NCBI RefSeq assembly: GCF_004010195.1
Contig: NC_057719.1
Location: 73,473,447 to 73,537,446, forward strand
Source: Chiloscyllium plagiosum
Taxonomy: Eukaryota
Direction: 5' to 3'
DNA length: 64,000 nt
In this document: positions 36,271 to 48,628 of the stretch, piece after piece
Position numbering within the stretch: the stretch's first letter is position 1
Layout of the letters: the number at the start of each line of letters is the position of its first letter
Program-made: the position numbers and the translations under genes
Notes under the pieces: model-generated
Seen by the model: only the letters and a program-made list of their open reading frames with translations
Database searches by the model: none
What the model was told of the DNA's origin: nothing

Positions 36271-38099
36271 GGAGGAAGGTCTCTGAAATTGCTCAACTCA
36301 ATATTGAGTCCTCGGCAGAAGATGAGGTGTTGTTTCTTCAACTTGCTTTGAGCTTTGCTGAAGCATTATAGCCGATCTGAGACAATGAGGTTGGGAACAT
36401 GGTAGGATGTTGAAGTGGCAGGTAACTGCAAAGTAATCTAAATTTTGTCTCCTTAATGTGGAGGAAACTGCATTGTGAACAGCGAAAACAGTAGATTAGA
36501 TTGAATGAAGTCCAGGTAAATCATTGCTTCACTTGGAAGGTGTGTCTGGGCCCTTGGATAGTGAGGAGGAAGAAAGTAAATGGAGAAGTGTTAAGCGGAG
36601 AAGGAGTGTAGCAGAGAGAACAGTCCCTATCAGACACTGACATGAGAAGGGAGGAGAATATGTGCCTATGGAGGTAGGAGAAATTATTTTGAAGAACAAG
36701 TGAATTCTTTTTGGTATTCTGCTCATGATTTAACACTTGACCAACATCATTGATAAACAGATGATAAAAAACAAATCTGTTTTCTACAATACAGAAGGCC
36801 ATTCAGCCCATTGAACCTACATTGACTTGTGTGAAAGGCAATCCAGTTGGTCCCACTCCTCCCAAAACCCTTACATTGCTGCAATTTTTTCCTGCTTCAG
36901 TAATTTATCAATTTGCTTTCGAATGCTACTAGTGGATCTGTGTACTCCACCCTATCAGAAAATATATTCCAAATGCTAAGCACCTTCTGTAAATTAAAAG
37001 AGAAGGTTGTTGAGTCCTTCAAGTCTTCCTTTTTACTCTTTATCTGATCATGATCAAATCTGTATGGGACTTTCCGTGCACAAATTTGCTGCCACAGTCC
37101 CTACACTTGAGAAGAACTTTATCAGCTGAAAAGCAATTTGGAGTCCCTAATGTTATGAAAGGGGTTATATAAATTGGTCTTTATTTAAAGTTTCTAAAAT
37201 AGAACTTTCAAGTACACTATCCCTTATGGAAGTGATCACTTCAATGGTGCCGTGAGCCCCTGCAATATCCTGTGGATTCTGCTTTGGTAGGAGGTTTCAA
37301 TGTCTACTGGCATGTTTAATTTCAACTACAAAACCAGTCTTTTTTGGAGACTACAGCGTGTTTGCAATTCTGCAGCCTGGCCACTGAGTGGCTCAACTGC
37401 AATATGTGCACTCAGATGCCTGTTAAGTTGCTTCTTGCAAGGATTGTAAACTTGACTCTTTTTTAATCCAATTACAAAGTTTTTAATCTTAACAGCTAAT
37501 TGTATACCCAGCCTTTATGACCTCTGTCAATTTCTTGGCTTGGTCTCTTTTATTGGTACAGGGACTGGGCAGGAACATACATAGATTCAGTCCTCAAGCC
37601 CTGTGAAGGACACTTTGCTTCTTTGTCCAAACTTAAATATTTTAGCATCCAGTTGCTCACCTCAATCTGAAGGAATATAACAAAATATGCACCTCTGAAA
37701 TATTGCTGAAATTGAGGAAAATTCTACACAAGATTTAGGTCTTGCACTCAGCGGGAGAGACACAAGAATGCCAAAGTTCAAAGCCAGCAATAATTTACAC
37801 CAGATGAGAAAACTGTGCTGGCTGTTACACTTCACCTCCCCCTCTACTCCGCCAAGGACATGCAGGTCGTGGGCCTCCTTCACCACCAAATCATAGCCAC
37901 TCAAAGACTGGAGGAAGAACGCCTCATCTTCCGCCTTGGGACCCTCGACCCTCACAGAATGTCGATTTCATCTTTCTCCCCACCTCTGACCTATCATCAT
38001 CACCCCCTACCTTCATCCAACTATTACATTCCCAGCTACATTCCCCTCCCCCCAAGTCCACCTCCTTCCCATTTGGCTCTTAGCCTCCTTGCTTCCTCC

Positions 38100-39824
38100 A
38101 TTTTTTTGATTTCAAAAATATACTTTATTCATAAAATTATTTTGATGTCTATACAATTGGTCATGCTATTCTTATGCACACATTGCATTTCTTTACATAC
38201 TGAGATCGGAATCAATCATTCGTATATACAAGTCTGTACATGGACCATCCAGATATTTTGCTGAGGTGTCAGCTGGGCCCAATTTCTGAGTGGGCCCCCT
38301 GTTCTTCTTAGGCAGGCAGATGTTACACGGTGGTCTTTCCTCACCGCGCCTTGGCGGCAGTTGCCCCAAGCTCCAGCGCGTCCCTCAACACATAGTCCTG
38401 GACCTTGGAATGTGCCAGTCTGCTACACTCAGTCGGGGTCAACCCAGTCTCGTCCCCCCTGCAGCCGCTTCGAGGGCAGCGTGCGGTGTGGCTGAGAGTC
38501 CGGGCGTGCATAAAGGGTCTCACAGGCAGAGCCCTTCTCACCACCAGCCAAGCCATGTCTTGGTGCTTGTTGGAAAGTTCTGGCGATGAGGCATTCTGCC
38601 ATATGGCTTTGACAGTATGCTCAGGGAACCGCTCGATAGGATCCGCCCTCTCCTTTTCCTGAAGGGTTTAAAGGACACTACGTGCTGACCACTTCCTGAT
38701 GGACTTGTGGTCAAAGGTGTTTTTCTTCATAAATTTCTCCACGAAGGACAGTGATATGGAATGGTCCAACTATGTGGAACGTTCTGCAGCAGCGAGGCCA
38801 GGCCCATCCTTCGCAACACTGGGGACAGGTAGAACCTCAGTACGTAGTGACACTTGGTGTTTGCTTACCGGGGATCAACGCACAGCTTGATGCAGCCACA
38901 CACAAAAGTGGCCTTCAGGGTGAGGGTGGCATTGGGCGTGTTTTTTCTCCCATTACCCAGATCTTTATACATGGCATCCCTTTGGACCCGGTCCATCTTT
39001 GATCTCCACATGGAGTGGAAGATGGCCCTGGTGATTGCAGCAGCACAGGTTCTGGGAATAGGTCAGACCTGTGCCACATATAACAACACTGATAGTGCCT
39101 CACACCTGATGACCAGGTTTTACCTGCGATGGAGAACGACCGTTGCTTCCATCTGCCCAGTTTCTGCCTCACTTTCCTGATATGCTCCCCCCAAAACCTG
39201 GTGCACACCCCAGCCCCTCCAAACTAAATACCCAGCACCTTCAGGTGGTCAGTCCTGACGGTGAAGGGGTTGGAGGATTGGTTGGCCCAATTCCCGAAGA
39301 GCATGGCCTTGCTCTTGCCTCGGTTGACCTTGGCCCCCAAGTCCCATTCGAACTGGTCACATATGCACAAGAGTCTGTGCACGGACAGCACAAGCAGAAA
39401 ATGGCAACGTCATCCATGTACAGGGAGGCCTTAACCTGCAAGCCCCCACTGCCAGGAATAGTCACCCCTCTCAGACTCGCATCCTTCCTGATGGACTTGG
39501 CAAATGGCTCTGTGCAGCACACAAACAAGGCAGGAGAGAGAGAGGGCAGCCCTGCCTGACTCCGGATCTGACTAGGAAGCTATCTGATTCCCACCCATTG
39601 ATTGAGACTGCACTGACAATGTTGGTGTAGAGCAGTCTGATCCAATTGCAGATTCCTCCCCCTCCCCCAGCAAAGCCCATTTTGGAGAGAACATCTCTCA
39701 TATATGTATGTGATATCCTATCAAAGGCTTTCTCCTGGTCCAAGCTGATGAGGCAGGTGCCCAACACCCGGTCCTGCACGTAGGCAATTGTATCCCTGAG
39801 GAGTGCGAGACTCTCAGCGATCTT
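38100..39824 (-). mobile_element. 5'-truncated Tx1/L1-group LINE ORF2 with poly(A) tail
   Basis: SLDQEKAFDRISH, GVRQGCPLS, LYMDDV, KVRQKLGRWKQR, CPRSGC and VQDYVLRD. AATAAA and an A tail on the - strand at about 38101-38129. It splits a Neptune pseudo-LTR (37825-38099 / 39825-39930). Confidence 0.9.
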
Positions 39825-39839
39825 TTGCTCCCCCCTCAT

Positions 39840-39871
39840 TCCTGACAAAGAGTTGATGCTCGAAACGTCGA
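39840..39871 (+). ncRNA. Hammerhead motif (Neptune family), core G8 mutated
   Basis: TC CTGACAA A GAGT TGAT GCTC GAAA CGTC GA; stem II carries an A-T compensatory pair. Confidence 0.55.
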
Positions 39872-42789
39872 CTCTCCTGCTCTTCGGATGCTGCCCGACT
39901 GGCTGTGCTCTTCCAGCTCCACACTTTTTGATTATGCTGGCTGTTTGGCAAGTTGATGTTGATTGATTGAGAAATTGCCATGGAGAATGCACTGGACAAT
40001 ACTGTCCCTTTCGCTTCATTCAGAAAGGCATAATGTCTACACTTGTTCCTTTTACATGCAGAGGAACAGTTCTTGTATATAAATATATGTAGCCTTTAGC
40101 AAGTGTAAGTGACCCATGTTGCAAGTCTGTCTGGTAATCTTAAATTGGTTGTTTGCGCAATTCTTAGCATGTTCAGAATTGTTCAGCAAATGCTGGCCAT
40201 TTATAGAATCACATTTGACATCAGGCATTTATATTCTGAGCTTTGTGAGCACAGACTGGTTGAGTACAGTCAGTACTTCATATTGTGAACATCTGAACGA
40301 ATGTACCATTTGATATGATCTGCCAGTCATTGAGAAGTACAGCCTACACACCTGGTGTCGCACTGGCACACCAGTGGCTTTTCCACTAGCAGGATGCTGC
40401 TGTCAAGCTGAGAGGATGTTCTGCCTGTCACACCAATGCGTAATGTTGAATATAAATGCAATATTGGCCCACTGTGATCCAGGCAACCCCCATCCCCAAC
40501 ACCGTTGCATGATACTGATTACAGCTGACGTGAATGAGCCCAAAGATCCACGTGTAATTCACAACATTCCGCAATTTCTTCCTGGTAGGAAATATTTTGT
40601 TTATGAAATAAATTGCAAAAGCAAATTCATTTTTTTTAAACATTGTAATATGTAATTGTTTATTCATAGAAGCATTGCCTTCCAGAAATGACTTTGAAGT
40701 TAGTGATGAGTTTATCCTACTAGAATGCATTTTAGGGAAATAAATAAAGTCCCATGAGTGCTATAATGTGTAATCAATGTACTCGTTGGCATTATAAACA
40801 CTGGCACTCATATTTGGTTTTCTAATCCTCTGCACAATGTTGAGTTCTGATTGTCAATTATCTTTCAACTAGTTTTTCACTGAGATATTATCCATTTCTA
40901 TTCCACTGTTCATGGGTGTTAAATTAAATTGAGGAAGTAAGCAGCTTGCAGTGCATTAGAATCAAATTTAAGGAGGCTATTCATAGGCAAATTATTCAAA
41001 ATCTGAGTCACCCTGTGCTCTGTAGATTCCTAAAACAAAGTGACAATTTGTTTAAGGGATCAGGAACCGACTACTTTTTTAAAACATATGAGATTAAATC
41101 AGAGGCTGTGAAAGCAGCATACTATTTTGAATATTTGTACAGGGCATTCAATTTTTGTTGCATGATTCAATGAGTAGAAAATTGGCGCTGTTTTTGTGAT
41201 ATTTGTTTTTATAACAGGCTATTTAGGTCATAAGAGCGAGCCCATGACACTCCAGGAAGTCTTTGGTAATGATCCTTTTGATACTGGCTGTTGGAGATGT
41301 GGGTTTGACTGCCTTCCATCTATCAGCTTTCTTCCCTGCCACTCACACCTCCCATGAAGAACCAATTAGTTGGTACTTTGCAGCACTCCAACTGAGTTTT
41401 ATAATGAAGCTGGCACTCTGTCACTTTGTCAGATTCCACATTATCTAGCAAATGCTTCTCAAGGTGAAAATTAATTTAATGTAATGGATTATATTAAATG
41501 ACAGCCTCAGATGAATTGAAATGCACCTCTCTCCAAGATACACAGTTGCTTGATTTGTTTGATCAAGTGACAGGCATCACCACCGACTATGTGGTGTTCC
41601 TAACAATGTGGTAACTTTCTTTTCCCCAAATTGACAATTCAGTGTGGAACACATGTACAAACCTGAAGAGAATCAGAACTGGAATGTTTTTTTCCTTAAA
41701 ACTTTCCAACAACTAAGTAAGGAATACAAACTCATTATGAAAACAATTAATCCAAATTAAGCTTTTCTTGTTTGCCTTGCAAGGCTTGTTTGGATTCCTG
41801 TCTGGAAGGAAAGGGCGCTAAATACAAATCAGTTTCTAACTTTTAACAGCTGGAATAATCGGCCTTAAAGGCTATTCGATAACAAAAGCCTTGAATTGAA
41901 ATGAAACCTTGTGACTATGATGTACAGGATGAACGAGAATGCACTCTGAGGCAGTTTAAAATTCCATACAGTTTCTTCATTGTGAGCTCTCTGAGATAAT
42001 CTGAATGCATATTTCCTCTGACAAAACGTGTGCTGCAAATGCCTTGTCGCAAGTGGGTCAACTTCACATGCAATCTAAATCTTGTCTTGTTAAATCACCC
42101 TGGCCTTACTTGTGATTGCTGATGGTTGTCAAACATTTGAAGAAATTTGGCACATGTGGCCAAAATGTCACGTGTCCACTTCTCTTGTGTGGCAGCATTG
42201 ACTCAAACTGCACACTTTCAAATGTATTGAAAAAACATCTCCACTGAAAATGCCAAACTCTTCAGAACAAAAGCAAACCATTTACCTTTGAAGTTTGTTT
42301 TAATGTCAGGACCATTCGATATTTCTTTTCCGACTTTTAAAGTCATTACCCTTCTCTATTAAATTTCAAATGATCTAGTTCTCTTTCTCAACTGCTTCAA
42401 CAGAGTCCTCCTTACAACAACAAGCCACAATGCATTTTTCCTTGCGTTTGATCAAAAGTATCGGTAATATTTGCTTTGAGCATTCTATTCTATACATTCC
42501 CCCTTTGAAAATATTTGGAGAACAAATGAATAATTCCTCTTGTATGTCACAAACTATACATGTGTTTGAACACATCTGTTAACCACATCCCTTGCCACGT
42601 GTGTGATATTTATTGAGGCATATACATTCTGAGCTCTTGGGATGTTCATTATTCATACCACTGCAACTGACAGGTACTTAAACTTTCTGTAATTGAAACT
42701 GTTATACTGCCTGTCTTTTCTTATCACATCAAAGAGAAGAAAAGTCTACATATGTGGAAAGGTAAGAAAATAGAACTTTTAAACAAATA

Positions 42790-43715
42790 ACTTATAGGAT
42801 ATTGGTAATCACCAGCAAGAATACAATGTATTGCCCATCTCTAGTTGCGCCATCGAAGGTATTCAACTGCCTCCTTGAGCTGCTGCAGTCTGTGTGTGGT
42901 AAGTACGCCCAAAGTGCTGTTATGAAGGAATAAAGGAACTGCCATATAGCTCTAAGAACAATATATAACTTGAACGAGAACAGTGGTGACACTGCATCTG
43001 TTGCCTTTGTGGTGGAGCACTCAGCTATGAAAGGTGTTGCCGATTAAGTCTTGGTAAATGCCCACAGTTCATCTTGTAGATGGTACACATGCAGTCACAG
43101 TGCACCAAGCACATGAGTGTTTAAGGTGGTAAACTGGGTGCCAATCCAAAGGACTGCTTTTCCCTAGATGGTGGTAAGCTTCTTGAATGTAGCTGAAGTG
43201 TCACCCATCCCAGGCAGATGTGTCATGTTCTTGAGTTGTACCTTGCAGGTGGATAGAACGACTTTGAGGATTCAAAATGGGAGTCATGGGTACTGGGCAA
43301 TCCCCACTGTCTACAGACGAAGTGGCAGTCCTTGCTGAAGCAGCTTGTTGGGCCTAAGTAATTGTTCTAAAAAACTCCAGCAATGATACCACAGGCCTGA
43401 GCTGATTGATTTCTGATAACTGCAATAATTTTCCATTTTCAAAATTAGAATGCCAGCCAGTGGAAACTTTAACCCCTGGTTCCCATTGTCTTCAATTTTG
43501 CAAGGTTTGTAGTGTCAAATGGTATGTTGATGTCAAGGATACTCACTCTTTCCTCACCTCTAGAAATCTGTTCCTTTATCCATGTTTGGTTCAAGGTTAT
43601 AATCAGGTCGGGATGGTCCTTACAAAAATGGAACTGAACATTGGCCAGCAGGTATTGTTTTGTAGGTATCACTTGAAAGTACTGTCAATACCCCTCTCCT
43701 GTTCCTTTCCCAATG
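42790..43715 (-). mobile_element. Old fragment of the APE-RT LINE family (55530-59415 type)
   Basis: QYLLANVQFHFCKDHPDLIITLNQTW..RGEERVSILDINIPFD and a 3' end ATTGCCCATCTCTAGTTGC, homologous to 58140-59370. Confidence 0.65.
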
Positions 43716-44524
43716 ACTGAGAGTGTGTCTCTGTCTGCTTGAGTGGGAATTAGTGCAAGTTTCAGTGTGAGCTTCTATTATATAACAGCACAAATATTTC
43801 ATACACATTAATGGAAGTCTGACTTTAACAAGTCTGATTTTGCTATGGCCTCTGTTACTCTGTAATCCAGTTGACAATGAGAACATATTGGAGTTCCAAC
43901 ATTCTGATAATTGTTAGCAGCACCAGGTGACTTGTTTCATCATGCAGCAATGATACATTACACTGTGAGGTTAACGGTTGAGCACGAATTCAGTAAAGGC
44001 TAGTTATATATAAAACAAATACACGATCGACTTATCTCATTGCCTTTCCCCTCATCATTATTTAACAGTTTCTAAGTTCGCACAAAACAAATTGGCTTCA
44101 CTGTTAACTTGGGGTTAGCTCCCTTCTGGAAACTGAAATATAGCAATTGCAAAACAATTAAATTAGGCACTGTGTACAAACTTTCTAACTCTGAGACCTC
44201 GACTTGCGAGAGCTTCACGAGGGGAGGGAAGAATGAAATTCAAGATTCATTTGGGGGCAGTGGGAGAAAAGACATGAGCAGGAAAACAAGAGGTAAAAAA
44301 TGATTTGTGACTTAATTTGCATGATTTGCTTTTGGCTACTTTGTGTCTGGAGTTTCAGATTCTCAATTCCTTAGATCTTTATTAGTTGCAATTTCAAGAG
44401 ACACTCATTTGCGCACATGCCAAGAACACAATAATGAATGTTTTTGATCAAAAACACTGTCGCATTTTATAAACCGTACACTTGGTTTGGAATTTTTGTT
44501 TTTATTTTGCTGTCAAGCTCAATA

Positions 44525-44845
44525 GCAGCATGGTGGCTCACTGCTGCCTCATAGCACCAGGCATCTGAGTTTGATTCCAGCCTCGACTAGCAGTCTGCGT
44601 GGCATTTGCGCATTCTCCCCGTATCTGCATGAGTTTCCTTTGGTTTCCTCCCAAAATCCAAAGACGTGCAGTTTAGGTGAATTGGCCATGCTAAATTGCC
44701 TATAGGGTTCAGGGATGTCTAGGTCAGCAGCATTAGTCGGGGGTAAGTATAGGGTCGGGGATTGGGTCTGGGTGCATTACTCTTCGGAGGGTCGGTATGG
44801 ATTTGTTGGGCCGAATGGCCTGTTTCCACACAGATTAGATTCTAG
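44525..44845 (+). mobile_element. HE1-like SINE
   Basis: GGTTTCCTCCCAAAATCCAAAGACGTGCAG..TTGGCCATGCTAAATTGCC..GGCCTGTTTCCACAC. Confidence 0.85.
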
Positions 44846-45104
44846 ATTTTGACTTCTGAAATAAATGTTCACAGTAATAGAGTAACAGTCAGTTAATTCC
44901 TAGTTCTGTTATCACTTGGTGAAATTTAAACAAAAAGTCACCCTCATCTTAACAACTAGCAAACATTAAAAAAGAAACTGCTGTAATTCTAGCATTTCCA
45001 GTTTTCAATTTTGTCAATCTCATTCCATCTCCAGTTTTTTTTCTGATCTTCAGACCAATATAACATGCATCCCTTTCTAACGATTATCTCTTCATTTGTA
45101 CTGT

Positions 45105-45665
45105 AGTCATAGAGTCATAGTCATAGAGATATACAAGATAGAGACATACAAGATAATCAGAGGGTTAGATAGGGTGGACAGGGAGAGCTTTTTTCCAAGT
45201 ATGGGAACGGCAATCACGAGGGGACACAACTTTAAAGTGAGGGGAGATGGGTATAAGACAGATGTCAGAGGTAGTTTCTTTACTCAGAGAGTAGTAAGGG
45301 TATGGAATGCTTTGCCTGCAAGGGTAGTAGATTCGCCAACTTTAAGTGCAATTAAGTCATCATTGGACAAGCATGTGGACATACATGGAATAGTGTAGGT
45401 GGGATGGGCTTCAGATTAGTATGACAATCCGAAGGGCCTGTACAGCGCTGTAATGTTCTATGTTCTATGTACACAATGGAAACAGACCCTCGGTCCATGC
45501 CGACCAGCTATCCCAACCCAATCGAGTCCCAACTGCCAGCATCCGGCCCATATCCCTCCAAACCCTTCCTATTCATATACCCATCCAAGTGCCTCTTAAC
45601 TGCCTCCACCACTTCCTCTGGCAGCTCATTCCATACATGTGCCACCCTCTGTGTGAAAAAGTGTC
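45105..45665. mobile_element. - strand CR1 3' end interrupted by a + strand CR1 3' fragment (about 45137-45468)
   Basis: IETYKIIRGLDRVD..FFTQRVVRVWNALP with a (TTCTATG)n tail, inside CATAGAGTCATAG..ATGGAAACAGACCCT. Confidence 0.8.
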
Positions 45666-46369
45666 AATAACTCTTTCTAGGATCCTTCTCAATTCTTTCT
45701 CTCTCTCTGCCCATTATTTCTGTCCAAACTTTCTCACATCTTTCAAGGTGTCTAGCTCACTCTTAGACTTGCCCTGACTGCTGTCTTGTTGCCTTGCATC
45801 TGCCCTCATGCTCCCTGTCATTTCTCTCGCTCCCTTGTACAATACAATCTTGTTAAACTAATGTTCTTCCATAAATTTCACACAATCTATCATCCTTGAC
45901 TCACTTACTATGCATTGTAGTTTCCTCCTTGAAGCGTGCCCTCTGTCATCATTGTTGTCGGCTCCCATTTCCCCCTGGAGATTCTCTGTTGAGGCTGGAT
46001 TTTTTTTTCCAGATTTTACATTCCGGATCCACCAAGTGCCCCTCAATCCCTGCAAGAGCCAGTCATTTCGGTTGTGCTAGGCTTGACATTTGGAGTAAGG
46101 CAACAGCTGGTCACATTTCTGTGTCCGGGGCGAGAGAGAATCAGACTCGATTTCTCACTATTAATGATTCCAACTGGGAAGTGTGTGTGTGTGTGTTAGT
46201 CACAAAACATCGTGAGGTCAAGTAACTTGGCATTCCTGACTCGAAATGTCAAGTCTGTTTCTCTCTTCACAGGTGCTACCAGAAATACTGAGTCTCTTCA
46301 GCATTCTTTGGGTTTGTTTCAATTGATGGTTGCATAAAGTATCCCAGAGGGAGAGCGTGGCTCTTTATT

Positions 46370-46940
46370 TAGTTTATAAAACAGCTTTACAATCAATCTA
46401 AGTTTATAAATAGCAGCAAGAGGCCTCTGCAACTCACACCTCCAGGCATTGCTGACTCCAGACTTGGAGAGGTGTGTGTCTGCACGCTGTCCTGGAGCAC
46501 GGGCGCGCGCGTCGACAAGCTTAATGCGCGCTCCCGTGCGCGCAAGCTGCTGCTTTTGGTGACACTTGGAGGTGACTGGGGCTGGCTGGAGCGAAGGCAG
46601 ACTGGCTGCGGGCTCTGGAGTGTGCAGCCCCTGCTCATTGCTTCTGCAGCCTTCACCCTCCACTTCAAGCTCTGTGTATGCGGGTGGCAGAGAAAAGGGA
46701 CAAATCCTTCTTCCCCCATCCCCACGTCTTGGTCTGACTCAGGGGGAGGCCAAATAAAAAGGTGCATGTCAAGAAAGGTAGGCTTTGTTTCATAAACGTT
46801 TGGTGAGTTTTCGTCTGATCATGGCAGCCTTGCTACTTGCTGACTCCGGAGCGTCAAGGCTGTTGCTGTTTGTCAAATTGAATTTATTTGTGATGCTCTT
46901 AAAAATCTCCAGCGGAATTCAAATAATAGAAGAAGTGAGG
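46370..46940 (+). promoter_or_regulatory. Putative promoter and first exon of an unidentified + strand gene
   Basis: TATAAATAG at 46405-46413, a CpG/GC-rich block at 46490-46700 and AP-1 TGACTCA at 46735-46741. Candidate donors are AAG|GTAGGC (46778), TTG|GTGAGT (46803) and GAA|GTGAGG (46935). No downstream exon was recognised. Confidence 0.55.
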
Positions 46941-48418
46941 GTGAGATTTTCTTGCTGGGTGTCCTGCTCGGCGAACGGGCGTTGTGGAAGCTTGCGAGCA
47001 ATTTTTCGAAACCTCTTGAGTATTTTCAGGGTCACCTCCCCACCCCAGAGGAACGCACGCCCCAACTCTCCCTTTTCAGTTTCGCCCAACGAGCAAAACA
47101 GGCTGATTTTAAAATCCAGCCACCGTGCAAGCGATCTTGCTATCGATGTTTGCGAGTCCTTTCCAACTATTTTAAAGTGGAAACTTCTTTCGCATCTAGA
47201 GGTATGCTACTGACTGAGGTAAAATCTTTGACTTTTAGCTCACAAGCGCCTGCCTGCTCCCCAGTAAATAACCTCATCTGATGGGTTTGCATTGTCATGA
47301 GGGCGCATAGTCGTGAAGTTAAAGCAACAGAGGTTGGCAAAGTAGAGATATGGTCTGAATTTTTACCAAAGTCACCTGAAGTAGCAGTTTCGGGGAGTTT
47401 CATGGAGGGATCTTCACCAGAACCCACAATCTTGCACTTGCTCATGGAGGCAGCCTGTTGTATACAAGTTGAGTCATCTGGAAGAAATGGCATTAAAATG
47501 ATGGCCTCCTGTGTATCTTGAGGGGGTTCCTCACCTACAACGTCTTCATGCAGAGGCTGCTTTGCAGCTGTTAGACACTGAAGTGAGCCTGATTTGCTGG
47601 TACATCTGTTTCCTTCTCAATTTCTGACAGGTAGAGACAGCATGAAGAAAAACACAGAGTATCCTTGGCTTTATTATTAGGGGCATTGAGTACAAGAGAA
47701 AGGAGGTGATATCGAACTTGTAAAAGATGTTTGTTAGATCTTATTGGAACTGTTCTGGGCACCACACTAGCTAAAGGATGTCAATGCATTGGAGAGAGTA
47801 TAAAAGAGGCTATAGGCAGAGGCTGAATCGGCTGGAACTGTTTTCCAGAAGTGTCGGAGGCTGAGGGATAGTGGTCTATAAAATCATGAGGGGAATGGTC
47901 TTCTCCCTGGGATGGGGGAGTCCAGAACGGGAGGGTACAGGTTTAGGTGAGAGAAAAGATTTAAAAGGGCCCTAAGAGGCAATATTTTCATGCAGAGGGT
48001 GGTACGTGTATGAAATGAGCTGCCAGAGGAAGTGGTGGAGCCTGGTACAATAACAACATTCAAAAGGCATCTGGATGGCTATATGAATAGGAAGGGTTTA
48101 GAGGGACATGGGCCAAGTGCTGGATTAATTTAGGATATCCACTTGGCATGAACGAGTTGGACCAAAGGATCTGTTTTTGTGTTGTGCATCTCTATAATCT
48201 GTTACTCCAAGTGGCCTCCAAGAATAGTTCCAAGGACACGGGACTTCAGTTATGAAGATAGATTGAAGAAGTTGAGACTGTTCTCCTTGGAGAGAAGAAG
48301 GTTGAGAGGAGATCCAATTGAGGTTTTCAAAATCATGAGAAGGTTGGATCGAGTAAGTTGGCAGAAACTCTTCCTGCTCATAAAAGGAGCAGGCACAAGA
48401 GGGTGTGGATTTAAACTG

Positions 48419-48628
48419 TCGAGAGAGTGGTGCTGGAGAAACCCAGCAGGACAGGCAGCATCAGCGAAGCAGGAGAATCAACATTTTGGGCCTCATTCCT
48501 GATGAAGGGTTTATGCCCGAAACGTCGACTCTCCTGCTCCTCGAAGACTGCCTGACCTGCTGTGCTTTTCCAGCACCACTCTCTCAACTCTGATCTCCAG
48601 CATCTGCTGTCCTCACTTTCTCTGAGTA
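48419..48628. mobile_element. Fold-back Neptune pseudo-LTR mini-element with 11-14 bp TSD
   Basis: TSD GATTTAAACTG at 48408-48418 and 48629-48639. Inverted arms at about 48421-48491 and 48515-48585. Confidence 0.85.
48497..48528 (+). ncRNA. Minimal hammerhead ribozyme, intact catalytic core
   Basis: TC CTGATGA A GGGT TTAT GCCC GAAA CGTC GA: canonical core, palindromic ACGT stem III and GUC cleavage triplet. Confidence 0.75.

Noticed and set aside
46511..46522. Adjacent SalI-HindIII sites GTCGACAAGCTT, as in a cloning polylinker
   Set aside because: Only 12 bp with no further vector sequence on either side, in a natural-looking GC-rich leader; treated as chance.
46830..46870. LLLADSGASRLLL resembles the Rab P-loop LLLIGDSGVGKTCLL (RAB15 is a CHURC1 neighbour in human)
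   Set aside because: It lacks the GxxxxGK(S/T) motif and any other Rab sequence.
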